Assembly: GCA_963727805.1 (NCBI GenBank)
Contig: CAVSHF010000005.1
Span: 800,001 to 864,000, forward strand
Length of the DNA stretch: 64,000 nt
Direction: 5' to 3'
Origin: an uncultured Nitrospiraceae bacterium
Lineage (GTDB): Bacteria > Nitrospirota > Thermodesulfovibrionia > Thermodesulfovibrionales > Dissulfurispiraceae
Positions 10,097 to 21,049 of this stretch are shown here, piece after piece. The stretch's first letter is position 1. Each line of letters begins with the position of its first letter. Both the position numbers and the translations under genes were made by a program. The notes under the pieces were generated by a model. It was not told where the DNA came from. It ran no database searches and worked only from the letters and a program-made list of their open reading frames with translations.

Positions 10097-11389
10097 CTAT
10101 ACCTCCAGGTCCTGTAATTGTGCGTAAAAGCCCGGGAAGGAGATGTCTACACACGAAGCGTCATTGATCGTAATTTTTTGGGTAGCAATCAGCGCTGCAA
10201 TCGAAAACGACATCGCGATCCTGTGGTCGCCATAACTATCGACAATGCCGCCCCTTAATTCGCTTGTACCTCTAATATCTATTCCGTCAGGATACTCCCG
10301 GACTTCGACGCCGAGCTTGGAAAGCTCTGTGGCCATCGCCTTGATTCTGTCAGATTCCTTGACTCTCAACTCCTGAGCACCCCTAATTTCAGTGACTCCC
10401 TCGGCCTGCGTCGCCAGGATACAGAGTATGGGGAATTCATCGATAAGAGAAGGCACTATTTCGCTTCCTATCTTCACGGCTTTCAGCCTCTTGGTCGTGG
10501 AACAGACCACATCGGCAACCGGCTCCCCCGATATCTCTCTCGCATTTTCCAGCCTCACATCTGCCCCCATGTCCCCGAGCAGCTTCAGGAGACCGGTTCT
10601 CGTGGGGTTCATACCAACGTCCTTGATCATGACTTGAGAGTTGGGCACCACGAGTGCGCCCGCTATAAAAAAAGCTGCTGATGAAAAATCGGCTGGCACG
10701 GTTACATCAGCCGCATGGAGTCTTGAGCCACCTTTTATAGAGACTGATAGTCCCTGCACTTGCAGGTCCGCTCCCATTGCCGCAAGCATTCTCTCGGTGT
10801 GGTCCCGTGATTTTTGGGGTTCGGTAATAGTCGTAGTCCCATCGGCATACAGTCCCGCCAAAATCAGGCAAGACTTCACCTGAGCGGATGCCATGGGCAT
10901 TGCATAATCGATGGACTTCAGTGCCGTTCCTTTGATCGCCAGCGGAGGATAGCGGTCTGCATTCCTCGCTGCGATCAGTGCTCCCATCTGTTTAAGGGGA
11001 TTGATCACTCTGGCCATAGGTCTCTGCTTCAGAGAATCGTCTCCGGTGAGAATAGAGAAAAACGGATTTCCTGATAACATACCCGATATGAGTCGTATGG
11101 TGGTCCCCGAGTTGCCGCAATCGATGACATCAAAGGGTTCGATGAAGCCTTGAAGCCCCTTCCCTTCAATTGTCACTTCACCCGTTTCTTCGGCATGGAT
11201 CGGAATGCCGAGCATGCGCATAGCCTTTATGGTACTAAGCGGGTCTTCGGCCCCAAGGAAATTCCTGACTACGCTCTTTCCCTCGGCCATGGAGGCAAAC
11301 ATAATAGCTCTATGGGAAATCGACTTGTCGGGTGGCGGAATGACCTCACCCCTCAGTCCCCTTGATCTTGTCATTTCAACTTTTTTCAC
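10097..11389 (-). CDS. aroA: EPSP synthase
   Basis: DKSISHRA, GNSGTT, SAQVKS, KESDRI, DHRIAM. Confidence 0.97.
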   Translation of the reverse strand: MKKVEMTRSRGLRGEVIPPPDKSISHRAIMFASMAEGKSVVRNFLGAEDPLSTIKAMRMLGIPIHAEETGEVTIEGKGLQGFIEPFDVIDCGNSGTTIRLISGMLSGNPFFSILTGDDSLKQRPMARVINPLKQMGALIAARNADRYPPLAIKGTALKSIDYAMPMASAQVKSCLILAGLYADGTTTITEPQKSRDHTERMLAAMGADLQVQGLSVSIKGGSRLHAADVTVPADFSSAAFFIAGALVVPNSQVMIKDVGMNPTRTGLLKLLGDMGADVRLENAREISGEPVADVVCSTTKRLKAVKIGSEIVPSLIDEFPILCILATQAEGVTEIRGAQELRVKESDRIKAMATELSKLGVEVREYPDGIDIRGTSELRGGIVDSYGDHRIAMSFSIAALIATQKITINDASCVDISFPGFYAQLQDLEV

Positions 11390-11392
11390 GTG

Positions 11393-12262
11393 TTATGTCT
11401 CGATGCTCATTCTCAATTGCTGCGCCCTGAGGAATTCCTTTTCGATCCCTTCCCCGTCATTCTCCTCAAGGCAGCGTTCAATACGGTGCAGATTTTCCTT
11501 AAAGCTATCGAGCACCTTAATCAGATTATGCCTGTTCATCGTCGCGATGTCCCTCCATAATTCGGGAGAACTTGCAGCGATCCTCGTAGTGTCCCTGAAG
11601 CCGCCGCCGCTGTACTCGACGCATCCGGGATCGAGGCTCTCGACGGCGTTTACTATCGCATAAGCGATGATGTGGGGCAGATGGCTGATAAGAGCGAAAA
11701 TCTCGTCATGCCTGAGTGGGTCCATGCATTCGACAAGACCGCCTACCGTTTCCCAGAGAGCAATCACTTTATCAATGGCGTCTACGTTTGAGCGTTGCGT
11801 CGGCGTGACGATGCATCGTGCCCCGCTGAACAGGTTGCCCCGTGCATCATCGATTCCTGATTTATCACTGCCCGCGATAGGGTGGGAACCTATGTAATGA
11901 ACCCTATCGGGCATGAGGGTTTCTAGTTCGGGAACAAGGGCACCTTTCACGCTTCCCACGTCTGTAACGAGGGCGTCTTTTTTTAGCGCCGTACGCATCC
12001 CGGCAGCAATGGTGCTTAACATACCTACCGGCGTAGCGAGGACTATGAGATCAGCACCGTCAACCGCAGCAGCGGCATCCATTCGGTAATCGTCGATAAT
12101 TCCACGCTCTTTCGCCCGCCTGAGATTATCCTCTTTCCTACCGCAGCCGATGACTGAATTGGATAGCCCCGTTTCGTGCAACGCGAGGGCAACCGATGCA
12201 CCGATCAGCCCGACTCCTATTATAGCCGTTCTGGTGAAACATACGTTCTTGCCGTAAATCAT
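11393..12262 (-). CDS. tyrA: Prephenate/arogenate dehydrogenase
   Basis: GVGLIGAS, TDVGSVK, HPIAG, SHLPH, GFRDTTRIA. Confidence 0.95.
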   Translation of the reverse strand: MIYGKNVCFTRTAIIGVGLIGASVALALHETGLSNSVIGCGRKEDNLRRAKERGIIDDYRMDAAAAVDGADLIVLATPVGMLSTIAAGMRTALKKDALVTDVGSVKGALVPELETLMPDRVHYIGSHPIAGSDKSGIDDARGNLFSGARCIVTPTQRSNVDAIDKVIALWETVGGLVECMDPLRHDEIFALISHLPHIIAYAIVNAVESLDPGCVEYSGGGFRDTTRIAASSPELWRDIATMNRHNLIKVLDSFKENLHRIERCLEENDGEGIEKEFLRAQQLRMSIET

Positions 12263-12280
12263 TTCGACTCTCTTCGTCCC

Positions 12281-13306
12281 TTATATGTCTCTTCCCACGG
12301 CCTGGGCCACGGGTTTCAGGTCTTTCATTAATTGCGCGAAAATATCGGGTTTGAGAGACTGCTCACCGTCAGAAAGCGCCTCTTCAGGATTAGTATGCAC
12401 CTCTATAATCAACGCGTCAGCACCTGCGGCAACGGCCGCCTTGGACATTGGCGCCACAAGGTCCCACTTGCCGACGCCGTGGCTCGGATCGACCACAACC
12501 GGAAGATGTGTTAGCTGTTTAAGGACCGGAATGGCGCTCAGGTCAAGAGTGTTCCTCGTTGCCGTTTCGAAAGTCCTTATACCACGCTCGCAGAGCATCA
12601 CTCTCTGATTGCCCTTCGACATGATGTATTCCGCCGACATGAGCCATTCCTTTATCGTAGCCGATAAGCCCCGCTTGAGAAGGACCGGCTTGTCGACCAT
12701 GCCAACCTCAAGGAGGAGCCTGAAATTTTGCATATTCCTCGTTCCAATCTGGATGATGTCCGTGTATTTAACAATGATATCGAGATCACGGGGATCCATA
12801 AGCTCCGTGATGACACGGAGCCCGGTCTTCTTCTTTGCCTCGACAAGGTATTGCAACCCTTCTTCACCAAGACCCTGAAAGGAATAGGGAGAGGTTCTCG
12901 GTTTAAAGGCGCCACCTCTCAGGAATGTCGCACCAGCTTCTTTCACTTTTTCGGCAATGTTCAGAAGGCTGACCCTGTTTTCAACCGAGCAGGGACCTGC
13001 CATCACCTGGATCTTTGTGCCACCGATCAGGATGCCGTCGACATTGATTTCCGTCGCATCTTTTTTGAATTCCCGGCTCGCCAGCTTATAAGGTTTAAGT
13101 ATACGCAGTACGTTCTCGATGCCAGTCATCGCCCGGATTGCATCTTCCTCTTCCTCGGTCACCTTGGATGTATCGCCGATTACACCGATAATCGTCCTTT
13201 CGGTCCCGCGCGAAACGTTCGCTTTTAATCCCTTACTCTCGAGTTTCTTCAGTATATGCCTGACATTCTCTTCAGGTGTGTCGGGCCGAATGACGATGAT
13301 ATCCAT
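12281..13306 (-). CDS. aroF: DAHP synthase type I-beta with N-terminal regulatory domain
   Basis: [36 protein letters not shown]. Confidence 0.95.
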   Translation of the reverse strand: MDIIVIRPDTPEENVRHILKKLESKGLKANVSRGTERTIIGVIGDTSKVTEEEEDAIRAMTGIENVLRILKPYKLASREFKKDATEINVDGILIGGTKIQVMAGPCSVENRVSLLNIAEKVKEAGATFLRGGAFKPRTSPYSFQGLGEEGLQYLVEAKKKTGLRVITELMDPRDLDIIVKYTDIIQIGTRNMQNFRLLLEVGMVDKPVLLKRGLSATIKEWLMSAEYIMSKGNQRVMLCERGIRTFETATRNTLDLSAIPVLKQLTHLPVVVDPSHGVGKWDLVAPMSKAAVAAGADALIIEVHTNPEEALSDGEQSLKPDIFAQLMKDLKPVAQAVGRDI

Positions 13307-13316
13307 AGAACCTCCG

Positions 13317-14411
13317 TTAAATGACTGACTTTAGGGCATCTATAAAACGCCAGTTCTCCTCAGGCAGGCCGACGGTGACCCTGATCTCCTTGGGTCCTAC
13401 GGGCCTCACGATAATACCCATCTTCAGAAGGGCATCGAATACTTCCTTGGATTCCCTGTCGAGGACCATGTAAATGAAATTGGCTTCCGTCGGGATGTAC
13501 TCTATTTTAAGCGCGTCGAATTGTCCATAGAGGAACTGCTTGCCCTCTTCGTTGATCTCTATCGTTCGTTTCAGATGGGCCTCATCTCCAAGGGCAGCCA
13601 TGGCCGCTTCCTGCGCTAATACATTGGTATTGAAGGGCTCCCTGATCTTGTTCATTTCTTCAAGGATTTCCTTCTTTGCAATACCATATCCGATTCTAAG
13701 TGAAGCAAGACCGTACACCTTCGAAAAGGTCCTAAGGATCAGGATGTCTCTGCCCTGGCCAAAAAACCTGAGGGTATCAGTATATTCAGGATCGCGCACA
13801 TATTCATAATATGCCTCATCCATGACGACAAGAACGCCGTCGGGAACACGCTTCATGAAGGCATCAAACTCATCTTTCTTGTTTATGGTTCCGGTAGGAT
13901 TATTCGGATTCGCGATAAAAACCATCTTCGTTTTTAGCGTGATCGCATCAGCCATTGCCGAGAGATCATGCGTGTAATTCCTGAGCCTCGTCTCCCGCGC
14001 CACACCACCAACGGATTGAACCGACATGGAATATACGACAAATGATGGCGATGCCATGACTGCTTCGTCGCCCGGTCCGACGAAGGTACGGACCGCGATG
14101 TCAAGGAGCTCGTTCGAGCCGTTACCGAGTATGATTTCTTCAGGACGCACTTTTGTGCCGTCGTTGAAGAGCTTTTCGGATAAAGCGTTTTTCAGATAAA
14201 ATCCGCTTCCGTCAGGATAACGACAGAGTTCTCCACTCTTTCTTATAAAAGCCTTAATGGCCTTCACCGCCTTTGGAGATGGCCCAACTGGATTTTCATT
14301 CGAAGCGAGCTTGATGCATTCCCTGAGTCCTAGCTCCCTCTCAACCTCCCTCAGGGGCTTGCCGGGCATGTACGGTTTGATCTGTGAGACGTATTCAAGT
14401 GGTTTAATCAT
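13317..14411 (-). CDS. hisC: Histidinol-phosphate aminotransferase
   Basis: [35 protein letters not shown]. Confidence 0.94.
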   Translation of the reverse strand: MIKPLEYVSQIKPYMPGKPLREVERELGLRECIKLASNENPVGPSPKAVKAIKAFIRKSGELCRYPDGSGFYLKNALSEKLFNDGTKVRPEEIILGNGSNELLDIAVRTFVGPGDEAVMASPSFVVYSMSVQSVGGVARETRLRNYTHDLSAMADAITLKTKMVFIANPNNPTGTINKKDEFDAFMKRVPDGVLVVMDEAYYEYVRDPEYTDTLRFFGQGRDILILRTFSKVYGLASLRIGYGIAKKEILEEMNKIREPFNTNVLAQEAAMAALGDEAHLKRTIEINEEGKQFLYGQFDALKIEYIPTEANFIYMVLDRESKEVFDALLKMGIIVRPVGPKEIRVTVGLPEENWRFIDALKSVI

Positions 14412-14466
14412 GGCGCACTCCTTGTGGACTCTCTTTTGCCAAACTGCCTTGGGGCTTCTTTATAAT

Positions 14467-15555
14467 CTATCTCTCGTCGATGGGATAAGAACCCAGATGT
14501 GTCAGATAAAGACAGTGTTCTTTCACCCTTTCTATGGCACTTCTCACCTTCCCTTCCTCGATATGGCCGTCCATATCGACAAAAAATATGTATTCCCAAG
14601 CCCTCCTTTTCGAAGGTCTCGATTCTATCTTGGAGAGATTGATCTTTGTTTCTTTGAAAGGATAAAGCACATCGTAAAGAGCACCGGGCCGGTTCTTCAG
14701 TGAAAACATTATCGATGTTTTGTCCGAACCCGTTCTGGCGGGCGATTCCTTTGCGATCACAAGAAATCGGGTGAAGTTATTTTTCTTGTCCTCGATATGC
14801 CTCTTGATGAACTTCAAGTCGTAGAGCTTTGCAGCAAGCTCACTCGCAATGGCCGCCGCATCTTCGTCGCTCGCAACCATCTCGGCCGCCTTTGCCGTGC
14901 TGACCGACGCGAGAACGGGGACCCCTGGCATGTTGGTTTCGAGCCATCCCCTGCACTGCGCCAATGCCTGCGGATGGGAATAGATTTTTTTAACTCTGCT
15001 CTTATCGCCACTTTTGGACAGAAGATTATGGGAAACCTCGAGCATCACTTCAGCGGATATTTTTAGGTCATAATCCATGAACATATCAAGCGTATGACTC
15101 ACCACACCCTCACTTGAATTCTCGATAGGGACGAGACCGTAATTGGTCTCTCCGTATTCGACTGCATCAAAAACAGCCTTGATGCTTTCTACAGGGATAT
15201 ATCTTGCAAATGAGCCGAAATGACGTATCGACGCAAGATGGGTAAAAGTGCCCTCAGGCCCGAAATAGGCGACCTTAAGTGGTTCTTCAAGGGAAAGGGA
15301 AGCTGAAATAATCTCTCTGAAGATGACCCGGAGGGCATCATTGGGAAACGGCCCCTTGTTCATGGCAGTGAGGCGTTCCAGAATCGCCCTCTCACGTTCC
15401 GGAGAATGGAATTTAAGGCTCTTCCTGCGCTTGATGCCGGCGATCTCGATAGCGATTGAGGCTCGTTTATTGAGCAGTGCGAGCATCGCCGTATCGATGT
15501 CATCGATCTCTTTCCTCATCCCCCCCAGATCAAGGCCTTTACCTTTCTTCTCCAT
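14467..15555 (-). CDS. pheA: Chorismate mutase/prephenate dehydratase
   Basis: N-terminal CM domain, GPEGTF, PIENS, SHPQA, TRF, IESRP. Confidence 0.96.
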   Translation of the reverse strand: MEKKGKGLDLGGMRKEIDDIDTAMLALLNKRASIAIEIAGIKRRKSLKFHSPERERAILERLTAMNKGPFPNDALRVIFREIISASLSLEEPLKVAYFGPEGTFTHLASIRHFGSFARYIPVESIKAVFDAVEYGETNYGLVPIENSSEGVVSHTLDMFMDYDLKISAEVMLEVSHNLLSKSGDKSRVKKIYSHPQALAQCRGWLETNMPGVPVLASVSTAKAAEMVASDEDAAAIASELAAKLYDLKFIKRHIEDKKNNFTRFLVIAKESPARTGSDKTSIMFSLKNRPGALYDVLYPFKETKINLSKIESRPSKRRAWEYIFFVDMDGHIEEGKVRSAIERVKEHCLYLTHLGSYPIDER

Positions 15556-15563
15556 AGTGATTT

Positions 15564-15592
15564 AATATACAGGAATTCCCTTATTTAATCAA
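15564..15592 (-). promoter_or_regulatory. Sigma70-type promoter of the pheA operon
   Basis: TTGATT-17 nt-TATATT, 8 nt before the ATG. Confidence 0.5.
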
Positions 15593-15838
15593 TATTTACA
15601 GCTCACTGTTTTCGCTGTGGAGATGGTATGCACAATAGGAAACCTCGATGCAAACTTGAATTTCGACAGCTTCACCACTACATTTAAAATTAGATAACGA
15701 AGAGTTTATTTTTGCAGAGTTCAAATGGTAAACTTATGGCATAATATCATGTTTATTTATGTACGCCGGGCAGGAATGTAATGTGTGAACTCTTACAATA
15801 TTACGTAACATAAATCTCATTCCCGATCTTGGCGTGAA

Positions 15839-16933
15839 ATGGAAGAAATCTCGAATAACTCCGATCATCATAAAATAGCTACAGTCCTCATTGTAGATGA
15901 CGATCCTTATGTACTCGAATATGTTTCCTCGCTGCTTAACGAATACGGGTATTCTTATATTGCCTGTAGAAATGCTGAAGAGGCATTCCTCAGGTTTCAG
16001 GATGGAGCCATCGATGCAGTCCTGACGGATATTAAAATGCCGGTATTCACAGGGATCGATCTCCTCGAAAAGATTTACCTCGCTAAGCCTGATGTCCCGG
16101 TGATCCTCATGACTGCCCATGCAGAAGTTGATGTCGCAGTCGATGCGATCAAGAAAGGGGCTTTCGATTTCATCATCAAGCCTTACCGGTCTGAGCAGCT
16201 GATCCATTCCGTCGAAAAGGCGGTGAAGTACCGGCGGCTCAGCCAAAAAGAAGAAGAATACAAGAAAACCCTCGAAGAGACGGTCGAAAGGAGAACGCGT
16301 GAACTACGGGAAGCCCTTACGATGCTCAAAAATATGAGCGCCGAGCTCATCGACCGTCTAACGGTAGTCGCGGAATTTAGGGATACGGGCACAGGGTTCC
16401 ACAACTCACGCATGGGGCGTTACTCCAAAGTGATCGCGCAAGCCCTGTCCTTACCCCCTCACTTTGTAGAGGCAATTTCCTTCTCCAGTCCCCTGCACGA
16501 TATCGGGAAGGTAGGCATCCCTGACACGATCCTTCTGAAACCAGGAGAACTCTCCGACTATGAGATTGAAATCATACAAACACACAGCCAAATAGGGGAA
16601 CGCATCCTTGCTGGATCATCGTATCCGTTTATCCAGATGGCGGCATCCATAGCGTTGAATCATCATGAGAGATGGGATGGCAGCGGGTATCCGAGAGGAT
16701 TAAAAAAGGATAAAACCCCGATCGAAGGCAGGATCGTAATGCTCTGTGACCAATATGATGCCTTAAGAAGCAGCAGGCCGTATAAACGCCCACTACCGCA
16801 TGATGATGCATTTAGGATCATTATGGAAGGTGACGGGAGGACCATGCCCCACCATTTCGACCCCGACATCCTTGAAATCTTCAAAATATCAGCCCGCTCG
16901 CTTGATGATATCTTTAACAATTTTAAAGAGTAA
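15839..16933 (+). CDS. Response regulator with HD-GYP output (RpfG-like)
   Basis: REC (VDDD, TDIKMP, IKP) plus LHDIGK and HHERWDGSGYP. Confidence 0.93.
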   Translation: MEEISNNSDHHKIATVLIVDDDPYVLEYVSSLLNEYGYSYIACRNAEEAFLRFQDGAIDAVLTDIKMPVFTGIDLLEKIYLAKPDVPVILMTAHAEVDVAVDAIKKGAFDFIIKPYRSEQLIHSVEKAVKYRRLSQKEEEYKKTLEETVERRTRELREALTMLKNMSAELIDRLTVVAEFRDTGTGFHNSRMGRYSKVIAQALSLPPHFVEAISFSSPLHDIGKVGIPDTILLKPGELSDYEIEIIQTHSQIGERILAGSSYPFIQMAASIALNHHERWDGSGYPRGLKKDKTPIEGRIVMLCDQYDALRSSRPYKRPLPHDDAFRIIMEGDGRTMPHHFDPDILEIFKISARSLDDIFNNFKE

Positions 16934-16943
16934 TCAGATTTAA

Positions 16944-18353
16944 CTATGTAACCTTGTGCAGTCTGATAATGTTGGGTTTGCCCAGGAAAGGCGAGCTTGC
17001 GACAAAAACCATGCTATTCCCTTTCTTAATCAAACCTTCTTCGACAAGTGACCTTTCTATCTCACTCATCAGGTCGGCTTCCAGAATGATATCCTTCCGC
17101 CCTATCAGCTTTGCGATCGTCCCCCAGTAGAGAGGGATCCTGTGCAAAGTCTCCTCAGTGGGCGTAAAGGCTACCACTGGAACAGCAGGTCTCAGCTTGG
17201 ACAGAAGTATAGCAGCGAATCCTGAATGGGTGAAGACGACGATCAGCTTCGCCCCTATGCTCTGCGCCGCCATGCAGGCGCCGACGGCGATCGACTCGGG
17301 GAACTTGTTTCCTGTCTTGTATAGGGATTTTATTCTGTCAGAAAAATTCGCCTCAGTATTTCTGATAATCAGGTCCATCATCCTGACTGCTTCGACAGGA
17401 TACTTCCCCGAAGCAGTTTCCGCGGAGAGCATCACGGCGTCAGTGCCGTCGAGAATGGCATTGGCCACATCCGAGGCCTCGGCCCTAGTAGGACGTGTAT
17501 GATGGGTCATGGATTCGAGCATCTGCGTTGCCGTGATGACCAGCTTCCCTTTCATATTCGCAAGATCGATGAGCATCTTCTGAATAACCGGCACCTGCTC
17601 CGTGGACATCTCAACCCCGAGGTCTCCCCTTGCCACCATAATCCCATCGGTGACTTCCATGATCTCCTCTATTTTTTCGAGGGCCTCGGGCTTCTCTATC
17701 TTTGCGATGAGCGGGGGCAAATGAACCTTATTCCTGTTGGCCCAATCAATAATACGCACGATATCATCGGCCCTTCTCACAAAGGAGACGGCGACATAGT
17801 CGACCCCTAACTGAAGACCGAACTGAAGGTCCCGCCTGTCCTTTTCCGTAAAAGCCTCGAGCGTGGTCCTTGTTGCCGGCAGGTTCGCTCCCTTTCTGGA
17901 CTTCAGCACACCACCTTCAACAACCTTGGCAAGCAGAGAGTCTTTTCTTTTCTCCATCACCGTCAGCTTGATAAGGCCGTCATCTATCAGAATGCTCTCA
18001 CCCTCATTCATATCCTTGATCAGGGCCGGGTATGAGATGTAAAGGTTCTTCGCCGTGCCGATTTCGCTCCCTGGATAGAGAGAGACTTCGGCCCCTGTCC
18101 TGAGATGAACGCTCCCCCCTTCGACTTCGCCAACGCGGATCTTGATTCCCTGAAGGTCTTGAAGAACCGATACCATCCTGTTCTGCCGTGCGCTCTCATT
18201 TCTGATCACGTGAAACATCTTTTCATGAAATTTGAAATCTCCGTGTGAGAAGTTCAACCGGGCGACATCCATGCCACTTCGAACCAGCGAGGCTATGATT
18301 TTCTGGCTGCTCGATGAGGGGCCTAAAGTACAAACAATTTTCGCCTTCCTCAT
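16944..18353 (-). CDS. pyk: Pyruvate kinase
   Basis: KIVCTLGP, RLNFSHG, ARGDLGVE, TQMLESM, PTRAE; start set at the ATGA overlap with the nadB stop. Confidence 0.96.
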   Translation of the reverse strand: MRKAKIVCTLGPSSSSQKIIASLVRSGMDVARLNFSHGDFKFHEKMFHVIRNESARQNRMVSVLQDLQGIKIRVGEVEGGSVHLRTGAEVSLYPGSEIGTAKNLYISYPALIKDMNEGESILIDDGLIKLTVMEKRKDSLLAKVVEGGVLKSRKGANLPATRTTLEAFTEKDRRDLQFGLQLGVDYVAVSFVRRADDIVRIIDWANRNKVHLPPLIAKIEKPEALEKIEEIMEVTDGIMVARGDLGVEMSTEQVPVIQKMLIDLANMKGKLVITATQMLESMTHHTRPTRAEASDVANAILDGTDAVMLSAETASGKYPVEAVRMMDLIIRNTEANFSDRIKSLYKTGNKFPESIAVGACMAAQSIGAKLIVVFTHSGFAAILLSKLRPAVPVVAFTPTEETLHRIPLYWGTIAKLIGRKDIILEADLMSEIERSLVEEGLIKKGNSMVFVASSPFLGKPNIIRLHKVT

Positions 18354-19921
18354 GCCCATGTCACCTCCATATTGTCGCCAGATTTCCGTATATTTGAATG
18401 ATGTTTCCATTGATCGTCTTTCAGGGGAAAATCGGATCGGTAATGTCCTCCGACACTCCCTTTTCTGTGGATTGCCGCTTCGGTGATCATCAGTGCTACC
18501 GTGAGCATATTCTTTACCTCAAGCCCGGCTCTTGTACTGAAGTCCTTATCGAGTATTTCCTTGAATGCCTCAAGCCTTTTTTTAGCAGTACTGAGAGATT
18601 CCTTGCTCCGTATAATCCCCACACACTCCCACATGGTCCTTCGTATAATGGTCCTTATCTCGCCTAGATTCGGCGAATCCGGTATTATGCCGCGCACTGC
18701 TTCAATCTTGTTTGATGTCCGATCTGCCTGCAGACATGCACCATAGCGTGCTGCAGCAATCCCCGCTCTGTATCCGAAAACAAGCCCCTCAAGAAGACTG
18801 TTGCTTGCGAGCCTGTTGGCACCATGCACACCAGTGCAGGCCACCTCTCCGGCGGCAAAGAGGCCGGCAATTCCAGACATTCCTTCAAGGTCAGTCTTGA
18901 CGCCGCCCATCATATAATGCGCAGCCGGAGAAACAGGAATCAGATCTTTAGTGATATCAAGATCGTATTTCAGGCAGGTCTCATATATCCGTGGAAATCG
19001 TTTCTTCACAAATTCCGCATCGAGGTGTGTGAGATCGAGTGAGACGTGACTGCTCCTCGTCTCGATGATCTGCGATATTATCGCCCTCGAAACCACATCT
19101 CGCGGCGCCAATTCTGCATCAGAATGATAGCGCTGCATGAAAAGCTCTCCTTTTGCATCTCTCAACAGAGCGCCTTCTCCCCTCATCGCCTCACTCAGGA
19201 GAAACTGAGGGGCCGTCGGAATAAAGAGTGCTGTTGGATGGAACTGAACAAACTCCATGTCTTGCAGGACCGCTCCAGCCCTGTAGGCAAGTGCCACGCC
19301 ATCACCCGTAGCAACACTCGGATTAGTCGTCCTCGAAAAGATCTGACCAGCCCCACCGGTGGCGAGCACCGTTGCCTTCGCATACGCAGTGATGAAATCA
19401 GTTCCACGGAGAATAGAAGCTCCTTTGCACATACCGTCTTGGATAACAAGGTCCACTGCGGTGCTGAAGCGCGATGCCGTCACACTGCTCAAGAACTTAA
19501 CCTTGCTTATCAGGACACGCTCCATCTCTTTCCCGGTCGAGTCGCCTCCGGCGTGAACAACTCTCCTCCGGGAGTGGGCAGCCTCCCTCGTGAAAGCAAG
19601 TTTTGCGCCTTCCCTATCGAACTCAGCACCCCATTCGATGAGTTCGAGGATCCTGGCCGGACCTTCTTCAACTAGGACTGCCACCGCCTCCTCCCTGCAG
19701 AGTCCTGCGCCAGCCTTGATCGTATCTTCAAAGTGGATGCCGACCTCGTCCTCATCGCTCAGGGCAACTGCCACCCCGCCCTGTGCATATTCTGTAGAGC
19801 TTTCGGTCGGGATGTCTTTGGTCACGATGAGCACACGCCCGTGGCGAGAAAGCTCAATCGCCGCCCTAAGCCCGGCAACGCCACTACCGATAACGAGGAA
19901 GTCAGTATAAATACTTCGCAT
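18350..19921 (-). CDS. nadB: L-aspartate oxidase
   Basis: GSGVAGL, AQGG, QFHPT, LSEAMRGEG, PAAHYMMGG, HGANRLASNSL. Confidence 0.95.
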   Translation of the reverse strand: MRSIYTDFLVIGSGVAGLRAAIELSRHGRVLIVTKDIPTESSTEYAQGGVAVALSDEDEVGIHFEDTIKAGAGLCREEAVAVLVEEGPARILELIEWGAEFDREGAKLAFTREAAHSRRRVVHAGGDSTGKEMERVLISKVKFLSSVTASRFSTAVDLVIQDGMCKGASILRGTDFITAYAKATVLATGGAGQIFSRTTNPSVATGDGVALAYRAGAVLQDMEFVQFHPTALFIPTAPQFLLSEAMRGEGALLRDAKGELFMQRYHSDAELAPRDVVSRAIISQIIETRSSHVSLDLTHLDAEFVKKRFPRIYETCLKYDLDITKDLIPVSPAAHYMMGGVKTDLEGMSGIAGLFAAGEVACTGVHGANRLASNSLLEGLVFGYRAGIAAARYGACLQADRTSNKIEAVRGIIPDSPNLGEIRTIIRRTMWECVGIIRSKESLSTAKKRLEAFKEILDKDFSTRAGLEVKNMLTVALMITEAAIHRKGSVGGHYRSDFPLKDDQWKHHSNIRKSGDNMEVTWA

Positions 19922-20102
19922 TACTGCACCAGTCCTTAGTCCAATTTTCTGTCAGTTTACCACAGATCGCGATCGAATCATAAGCGCATGATACAGAACA
20001 CGCGTGACTCACCAAGCTAATTATAATTAATGGAGGGGATAATTGGATTCCCTCTAACGTTGGGGATAAGGAGTATGGGGGAAATCCTTCCTGTCAACTC
20101 AT

Positions 20103-20176
20103 AAAGAAAAAGGGCGCTCAGGGGAAGCCGTTTGGGAGGGGGGCAGCTTGTCGGCTGGCAAGCCTATCCCCTGAGC
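20103..20176 (-). terminator. Large stem-loop followed by a U-tract (terminator or 3' end of an sRNA)
   Basis: Perfect 10-bp IR GCTCAGGGGA (20116-20125) / TCCCCTGAGC (20167-20176), then CCCTTTTTCTTT on the minus strand. Confidence 0.55.
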
Positions 20177-20291
20177 AACTTTACATTCCGAACAAACTTG
20201 TCAGTACCTTTCACAAAATCAGGACTTACTCATCAATCACTCGCTCTTCGATGTTCTTCTCAGACGGGAAGAAGAAGCTCGCCGATCGTCC

Positions 20292-20625
20292 TAATTGAGT
20301 TCGCTTATGTCGCTCTTAATCTTGTGGATGCGATCCCCGCATAGGAGCCAACGCTGCTCGATAAGTGTACGGCTTTTCCGAAGCTCCTCAAGCGACTTGA
20401 GCGCCCCATAAAAACCCCTTCGTGTCCCTGCTATACCATAATGAACCCTTCGGCAAGATAAGCCGGGATAGAGAGAGTTGTTTTACGCATAGAGCCTAAA
20501 CTATCGTCGGAATCCCAGGCCGACAGATTGTCAATCATTTTCTGCACTTCCTCGGCAAGCCCAAGTCCTCTCCGCCAAATACTATAATCATCGAGACACT
20601 TCATCTGCTCGTGCATAGTGCACAA
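20292..20625 (-). pseudogene. Degraded four-helix-bundle (23S rRNA IVP-like) gene
   Basis: ..IWRRGLGLAEEV..MRKTTLSIPAYLAEGF resembles the family motif SIPxNIAEG; TAG at 20431, with a plausible remainder (GALKSLEELR..) only in another frame. Confidence 0.55.
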
Positions 20626-20631
20626 TATACA

Positions 20632-21012
20632 CTAAACATGTGCTTTAGCGCCCAAAAAGCCTTTCAGGAGTTGAGGCAACTTCCTTGTATCAAAGGGTTT
20701 CGCTATGTAATCGTCGAATCCCGATGCAAGTATCTGTTCCCTGTCTCCTTTCATGGCGAAGGAAGTTAGTGCGACAATGAAAATGCCCGCCGTTTCAGGG
20801 TCGCTTCTCAACTCCCTAAGGACTGCAAAGCCGTCCTTGCCGGGCAAATGTATGTCCATAAGCACAAGGTCAGGTTTCTGTTCTTTTGCCTTGATCACGC
20901 CTTCAATCCCGTCGGAAGCTTCGATTGTCTCATATCCGTGAACGCCGAGAATATGACGGACAAGAACCCTATTTTTCGAATTGTCTTCCACAATCAATAT
21001 TTTTTTAGTCAT
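20632..21012 (-). CDS. Single-domain response regulator (DivK/CheY-like)
   Basis: IVEDN, LMDIHLP, ALTSFAMKGD, IAKP; ATG 21012 preferred. Confidence 0.9.
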   Translation of the reverse strand: MTKKILIVEDNSKNRVLVRHILGVHGYETIEASDGIEGVIKAKEQKPDLVLMDIHLPGKDGFAVLRELRSDPETAGIFIVALTSFAMKGDREQILASGFDDYIAKPFDTRKLPQLLKGFLGAKAHV

Positions 21013-21049
21013 AAAATATCCTTTGTCGAGTATGTAGTTGATATACAAA

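Noticed and set aside
20431..20433. TAG in the four-helix-bundle gene as a recoded stop
   Set aside because: In-frame readthrough gives no family-like sequence; the plausible remainder needs a frameshift
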